From positions 88,226,001 to 88,290,000 of the forward strand of contig OX597825.1 in the NCBI GenBank assembly GCA_951406725.2: a stretch of DNA of 64,000 nucleotides. The letters are read 5' to 3'. Every line of letters starts with the position of its first letter. Position 1 is the first letter of the stretch. Shown piece by piece: positions 56,766-64,000 of the stretch. The translations under genes and the position numbers were made by a program. This DNA comes from Octopus vulgaris. Taxonomy: Eukaryota. A model generated the notes under the pieces. That model was not told the origin of the DNA. It was given only the letters and a program-made list of their open reading frames with translations, and searched no databases.

Positions 56766-57759
56766 CGCACATATAGATTGATGCCTAGATAGACGTGCAT
56801 GTGTTTGTATCCATATAAAAAGAAACATGTATATAGACATCTACGTAGATACATGTGAACGTGAAGGTGTGTGTCTGTTTCTCAATGTTGTGTACAATAA
56901 CGGAGAAAGTTATACAGCTTAAAATTTATCGCACTTGAAAGGAATACATCATTTTTTCCTGACAAAATAGTTAGACAGATATTTTTCTAAACGCTTCGGA
57001 TTTCTGTTATTGAAGATTGAAGACCAAGTGAAAATAACTTAGGACAATCGGGTGTTTCGTATATTCACTTCTGAAGGAAATCAGAAATATCGGAAGGAAA
57101 TATACAAAGTATTGATATACAATCATGTATACTCAATGCCACAGAGTTAGATTATCAAAATCAAAATAATTGCTTAGTTTATTGTACCAATGAATATCAA
57201 ATTTAGCTCTCTAAATGTAACCCGTATAACGTATTTTAATACCAATGGTGGACAAAATCGTTTCTCATCGGAAACACACACTCGATCTCTATACCAATTC
57301 TATAAAAAAAATCGAACGAGTAAAATTCTTCTCAGCACTCATTTTTTGTTGCAAAAGAGAATGAAGATGAGGTATAATAATCTATAAAACGCTATGATTT
57401 TCATCGTTGTAAATAAGTTTAATTAATATAATAGCAATAGAGAAAACTCTACTGACGCCAATAATACTGGGAAATATTCTGGAAAAACACTTTTTGTTGT
57501 CTTGCTTTTTTTTTCCTTTTTTACCATTAGTCCTACCAAATTTTGTGGTGTTCGGTTCAGAAATAATCTCAAATATTTTCTGTCAAGTTCAGTTCGTTTG
57601 ATAAATTGGGATATCTTTTTCTTTTAGTAAAAAATGTAAATTTTGCCGTTAAATGCAATACTGAAATAATAAAATAACACAAAGGAAATAGTAATTTTTA
57701 TAGTTTAACAAATATATTACTCAAAATATTTAATTACACATCTTAGGATACATATTTCT

Positions 57760-58320
57760 GTCCAATTGAGGTTTCAGCTTCTCAAAACTTAGCTGCTTTG
57801 TGTTAATGACTAGCATCACGACGGTCACATCGCTGGGGCCAGCAGTGGTCAGTTAGTTATCGTGTTTGTGTTTCACCTGTCTTGATACCTTGTCTCCATT
57901 TTCTTGATACCTTGGTGAAATCTTTCTCCTAGCTCATCACTTACTGTACCATTATTTTACGGAAAGTAATACAAATGGCTCTGCAGGAAATGCACCCTTA
58001 TACGAACGTTGCAACGCAGTGATTGAACACTGCTTTACAGGGTCTGCACAAGTTCTTGATAATTTGATTACTTCCTGTTACTCAGGAAATCAGACACAAC
58101 TACAGCAAAAGTATTCCGTCATTCTTTTTCAACGCGAGACATAGTCTCCACAAACTGCTCGCCTGCAATGGCCAACGAATCTGTAGACAGTCAAACGAAC
58201 CACCTTCATTTCCGCACAAGAAATTTTCTGTTTAAGTATTTGAAACAGTCACTGTTTAATTGTTTTAATAAATGCCTTACACACTAAATGCGATGCTCAG
58301 GCTTTGTGTTGATCACCCAG
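57760..58320 (-). mobile_element. Possible decayed mariner 5' end
   Basis: TIR-like gggtgatcaa at the right end; EVIKL..QRSYKG resembles a mariner N-terminus. Confidence 0.3.
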
Positions 58321-59816
58321 TTTCATGCCAAAATAAGTAAGGTACGTTTTCCTCACAGCATCTAGGTAGAGTGTATCATCTACAATATATAGCAGAATAT
58401 ATCAGAGTGATGTTGTTTTGATTTGCTACAATTACAACTAGCTATGGTCCTGAAATACAACACATATATTCAAACCAGCTGTCACCTGGAAAAAGCATTT
58501 TTCAAAATTATCAACAGTTATAAAGTAAGATAATGTAGATTTGTTATAGAAATGAGCATTCTATGATAGAATTTAGCGATTCTGGATACGCCTAAGTTTA
58601 TGGCATTCTAAAATTGGGGCTGTTACAGATGGGTCTGCGGACCATCTTACGAGGGAGAGTCTATAGAGGCCCTGAGAGCAATGAAATGGTCCTCACATAA
58701 AAATGTAAACTTTCGCATTTATTATTCGGAAGCGAATTAAACTCACTTTTAAACATTTATATGAAAGATCCAAATAAACAGTGAAATAACAAGCATAAAT
58801 TCACTTTCATATCTCCTTACCTCTGTAATTCTTTCCAGAACATTTATAAGCATAATGGAAACAACTAAATGACCTTGAAAAATGTCTGAACACAGTAAGC
58901 AAATATCAAATTAAATGTACAGTAAACTAATTAAAGTAAAACAATATAAAACTGGGAAAAGAAAAGGAAAGTATTAGTGGAAAAAGTATTTAAGAAAAGC
59001 AGAAATGGAAAGAACTGTGGATTTAATTTGGAAATGGAAACAAAAGATTTTAAATATCGAAAGTTCCAAAAGATTGTAATCTAACTGTACTTAGAACGGC
59101 CCTCGAACATTATATTTGCTATAATCCAAACATAGATTTATAAATGCTATAATAATCATGGGAAAATTTAGGATGGTGGACAGAAGTTCTTAAAAAGAGG
59201 AAGTAAAGTGAGTTTTAAAGATAGGTTAGAAAGTATAAAGTGAGGCATCCCGCAGTGAATGGCTGCGGAAAACAATGAAATATAGGATTTCAGCGCCTAT
59301 GATTGATATATTTCCACTTATACTGGAATTGTACATTTAAAGATTTTATTATTGCTGATAACACCTACATTATGAGGATGTAATTCGTCGTCTGAGTGAT
59401 TGGTCCGAATGGCGTAAACCAACGACTGACCATGGTATTCTGTGACATGGGAAAGAGAGAAAAAACGAAGCAGGTGTAGTGGTGGTATATATATCACTAG
59501 TGGAAGAGCGCACTTCTCACTTGGGTGGTGTCCACCACAACACCTCTCCACTTGAGAGTTTTCTTTCTTTTCCACATTATTACCAGTCTACATTATTACC
59601 GGTAGCCCTGCATCACAGCGACTTGACTAATGTTCTTCAAACGGATTTATATCATTTTTCACTGTACACATTTCAATGTGTGTGGTTCAGTTCCTTCATC
59701 AACAGAATTTATTTTTTACTGAGTGAGTACGAATACTCGTCGCCACAGAGAGTTAGAAAGTGAGCATGCATGTATACATATGTATGTGGATGTATATGCG
59801 TGTATAAATATATCTC

Positions 59817-59855
<39 letters not shown>

Positions 59856-60329
59856 ATGTATACATATGTGCACATGTATACGTACGTGTGTGCGCACACA
59901 CATATAAGCCATTATACCTTCTTTCCTCCTCTCTGATTCCTACCTATCACACTAACCTATACAATCACATACGTCTATTTATAGAAATTAGACATCCTTG
60001 TATTCTTCCTTCCACTTTAAAATTTACTACTAAAATTACAACTCACTTTGGTGACACCACACACATACCTTCTCTCTATCCATCCCTTAATGCAGCTCTA
60101 TCATATCACCTCTGCTCACATAACTTACACTTATTCACTCCTTACTTTCTCATCTCCTCCTATCCCTCCCCACTTATCTGCCATCCTCCCCTCACCAATT
60201 GACCACTCCTTTCTCACTTCTTTCACCCTTCACATTTTTCACTCTTTTCACTTTTTTCTCTCTTTCTTCCTCTCATTTTCACTTCCTGCTTTATATATAA
60301 ATATATATATATATATATTTATTTATTTA

Positions 60330-60569
60330 TCTATTTATTTATTTACTGCCCACAAGGGGCTAAACACAGAGGGGACAAACAAGGACAGACAAAGGAATTA
60401 AGTCGATTACATCGACCTCAATGCGAAACTAGTACTTTATTTAATCGACCACGAAAGGATGAAAGGCAGAATCGACCTCGGCGAAATTTGAACTCAGAAC
60501 GTAACGACAGATGAAATACCGCTCAGCATTTCGCCCGGCGCGCTAACGTGTCTGCCAGCTTGCCGCCTT
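60330..60569 (-). mobile_element. tRNA-derived SINE with a different 3' tail
   Basis: aaggcggcaagctggcag..gagttcaaatttcgccgaggtcga..gatgtaatcgac, then tttgtcccctctgtgtttagccccttgtgggcag and (TAAA)n. Confidence 0.85.
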
Positions 60570-61578
60570 AGATATATATATAGTTAGATAGTTAGATAGA
60601 TTGATGGGTAGATAGATAGATAGAGAGACAGACAGACAGATTCTTTGGATTTTCATCGATTGACTATGCTACTACCTAAGTCGTGTGGGCTATTGGAAAT
60701 ATAAACTCAGAACGCAAAGAATTGGAATAAATACCACAAAACATCAGGTCTGACTTTTAAGCCGCTTCATGATATACTGTCAATCAATCACCTGTTATTA
60801 ATGATACGTTCCTGAGTCCGGGATGAAATGGCTTCTTTGAACTTGAAGATTTGGAAGGAATACAGTGAGGCATTCTATCCGACGCTTTCAAGATTCTAAC
60901 AATTCGTTGCAAATAACCACATATATTATGAGTATAAACGTATACAGGTGTGTGTCTGTGTGTAGAAGGGTGCCTATGTGTGTGCACATAGGGGGTGTCA
61001 GTGTGTGTGTACATATTGGGTGCCAGTGTGTGTTTGTGTGTGTGCATGTGCGTATGTGCACGCTTTGCGTATGTGCGCATAAAGAATAAGATAGGAAGGA
61101 TAAAAGTTTAAAATGCTGTATCATTTTAACGTTTTAATGGAGAAAGAACGGCTTTAACGTTTTGGAGTGTAGTCATTCACCAAACGAACAAAAATGGACA
61201 GCGCATGAAAAGGGCAAAAGGGTGAGAAAGACACTCCAGTAAAGTAAAAGTTTGAAACCGGTGGTATTCTGTGATATGGGAAAGAGAGAAAAAACGAAGC
61301 ACGTGTAGTGGTGGTATACATACATAACGTATCATTATATATGTATATATATGTATATATTACAATATATCTGTGTTTGAAGACGAGATGACGAAAATGG
61401 CGTATGCTTGTGTGTCACCGTGTCATACGTGCATCGATTTTCAAGTATAGAAGTAGGTTGAAGAGTATTGATCTGTGTGTGATTGTTGCGTGGGTAGCAT
61501 GAGCAGGTATGTGATGAACTGCGGGTGCAGGCGTGTGAGAATATATTTATTGATGAAGTGCATGGAATAGTAAGAGCA

Positions 61579-61621
<43 letters not shown>

Positions 61622-62133
61622 GTATAACCCTTTGGTTTGTATCAGTGCTTGCGCAAGTGCGTGTGAACAGTTACGGAGTCAGAACATTTGCTGCGTTGGT
61701 CACAGCTGTCGTCTATACATTTTTCAGTCTGTGATATTTAAAATAGTTTTCATGAAGCCACAGTTGGTGACATTTGCGTCTGTATCTTCTATATTGCTTT
61801 TTTTCTTTTTGCCTGATATCTATTTTCGTCGACATATGCAAATTTTCCATAAACCAGAAATAAATTAATCGGAAAAACGGAGAGTTTGAAGTATAATTGA
61901 TACATACAATGAGAATTATTTTTCTAGATTCGATGTCTGATATCAGAATTAAATTCTATCTGACAAGATGTATCATATTTTGTCGAGGGTTGGCAGATTT
62001 CTGGGCAACAATGAATCATGTGTAAGTAAAATGTTTACAATAGAATCATATATATATATATAAATACGGTGTACGTTTAAACACATAACAGGCATCCATC
62101 ATAAGACTCCTTCGTCGGAATTCTAAACAAAAC

Positions 62134-62169
62134 TGTCCGACGAACGGCAACGTGCAACTCTGAGTAACA
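62134..62169 (+). ncRNA. Hammerhead-like motif (U4C core; GAAA reads GCAA)
   Basis: tgt-CCGACGA-acg(gcaa)cgt-GCAA-ctctgag-TA-aca; about 100 bp upstream of a (TA)n array. Confidence 0.5.
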
Positions 62170-62266
62170 TCTTCTGTGATAAATTTGCTCTATTATTATT
62201 ATTACTCTACCTCTGGTATTCGAGTACTATTCTTTCTACCTTGCTTCGCATTAATGAGCTTACTCT

Positions 62267-62356
<90 letters not shown>

Positions 62357-63018
62357 CATGTATGTAAATGTATATATACACACACTCACATACACGCACA
62401 CACACATAAATATATATATATATATATGTATGTATGTATTTGTATGAAAGGTACAGTTATTGAAGAAGAGGGGCTCAGGTGCCTGTAAAACTACTAATTG
62501 GCCCTTATGGGAGTGATAACAAATATTTCAAGATTTACTAATTGCATAAAGATAATCTAACACCAGTGGAACACCAGCAGGACATTCAACTTTTAAAGTG
62601 GAACGGAATTGGTGAGAACCGTTAGTTGGAAATGCTTTGATTCTACAACGTATATGTTTTTTAAGAATGTTTTATAAATTCGGGAAAAATCTGTGGGAAT
62701 CACACTTATATAATATAGCTCACGGTCACACACGTCCGCGTACATATACATATATACATGTGTGTGTGTATGTTTCTGTGTGTGTGTGTGTGTGTGTGTG
62801 TCAGTGCGCGTGCATAAATGATTATTTACATCTACTTGTGATATATATGTTATTATGCATATGTGTGTATCTGAATGTATGAACTGGTGTATGCATCAGA
62901 CAGGTATATTTAACGTCTATTCTGCTGGATGAATGCAAAAGTGTTGAAATTGTGCTTAACAGGTTATTCAACACTTGTCTGTCACTGGATATATATATAT
63001 GTATGCATACATACATAC

Positions 63019-63081
<63 letters not shown>

Positions 63082-63199
63082 CATGTGTGTGTGTGTGTGT
63101 GTATTAGAAGAAATGAGGTACTCAGAAAATCGGATGGTTTATATTAACAGATATTTATTTGTATATTACATTTTTTATACATCATATAACTTAGATCAT

Positions 63200-63240
63200 G
63201 TATTAGCGCTTTCTTCCATTCTAGTGGGATTTTCAAATCA
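63200..63240 (-). ncRNA. Hammerhead-like motif with U3-A8 core, partly decayed
   Basis: Minus strand: at-TTGAAAA-tccca(ctagaa)tggaa-GAAA-gcgc-TA-at; weak stem I and one stem II mismatch. Confidence 0.45.
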
Positions 63241-63846
63241 AACTAAGTTCCTGTGTAAACAGTTTTGACCATTTTATAGTGGTATTGAGTCTGTAGTGGT
63301 GGGGAGGAATATAAGATAGTACAAGAGGGTGATGGATGGGGAGAAAGTGAGAGAGAGAGCATGTGTGTGTATTTGTGTGCGTGCGTGTGCGTGCGTGTGT
63401 GTGTGTGCTTTTGTATGTGAAATGATGCTAAAGAAAAAGTGGGGAAGGGAGAGGAAAGAAGAAAATAATTTTATTTGCTCTGCTGGACAGCATACTTACT
63501 CCAAGGGGGCGTCTAAGAACTTGTGGAAGAAGAATTTCAGTTTTGACCATTTCATAGTGTTATTGAGTGTGTGTGGGCGGGGAGGTAGACCATAAATTAT
63601 ATTTCTTTTATCATTGTGTGTGTGTGTGTTTAATGAGGGATGATCAAATGGTGTTTTGGTTTTAGAGAGAAAGAATTCTTTTTATTATTGTTATGTGGAG
63701 GTGTGTGTGTGCATGCGTGTGGGTGTCTGTGAGTTTGGAGAAGGGAAGAAAGGAGAAGAGGAAAAAAAGTAAGGAGAAATAATTGTGTTGATATTTATAC
63801 CATTTTTTCCCCCTGTCCTCCCGTCTCGGGATCTTTCTTTCTCCTA

Positions 63847-63882
63847 TGTTTCCGACGAAGAGCTCCCTCGAAACGTCATACA
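63847..63882 (+). ncRNA. Minimal hammerhead-like motif (U4C core)
   Basis: tgttt-CCGACGA-a-gag(ctcc)ctc-GAAA-cg-TC-ataca; about 95 bp upstream of the terminal (TA)n. Confidence 0.58.
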
Positions 63883-64000
63883 CTCCTTCTTCCATTTTCC
63901 TGAGCGTCTAATAATAATAATACTGTAATTGTTCCACGTGTTGTTGTTTTTTCTGTTTTCCCGTTTGGATTAACCTTATATATATATATATATATATATA

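Overview
AT-rich, repeat-dominated eukaryotic DNA. The SINE families and dense (TA)n/(CA)n/(ATT)n arrays look like an octopus (coleoid cephalopod) intron or intergenic region; the taxon is inferred. No host protein-coding gene can be supported, and most listed ORFs are microsatellite translation artefacts. Real content: (1) one apparently intact 1229-aa RLE-type non-LTR retrotransposon (R4/Dong-like; 37680-41369, minus) inserted in a (TAA)n tract, flanked by an unusually long ~113-bp direct duplication and stacked on three older same-strand relatives; (2) a 5'-truncated Penelope-like element with a GIY-YIG ORF between ~410-bp inverted pseudo-LTRs; (3) at least six type-I hammerhead-ribozyme-like motifs, all with non-canonical cores (U3-A8 swapped pair or U4C), mostly next to (TA)n arrays; (4) decayed CR1, RTE, mariner, maT and Tc1-like elements and many tRNA-derived SINEs. 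All calls come from reading the sequence by eye; no searches or folding programs were run.
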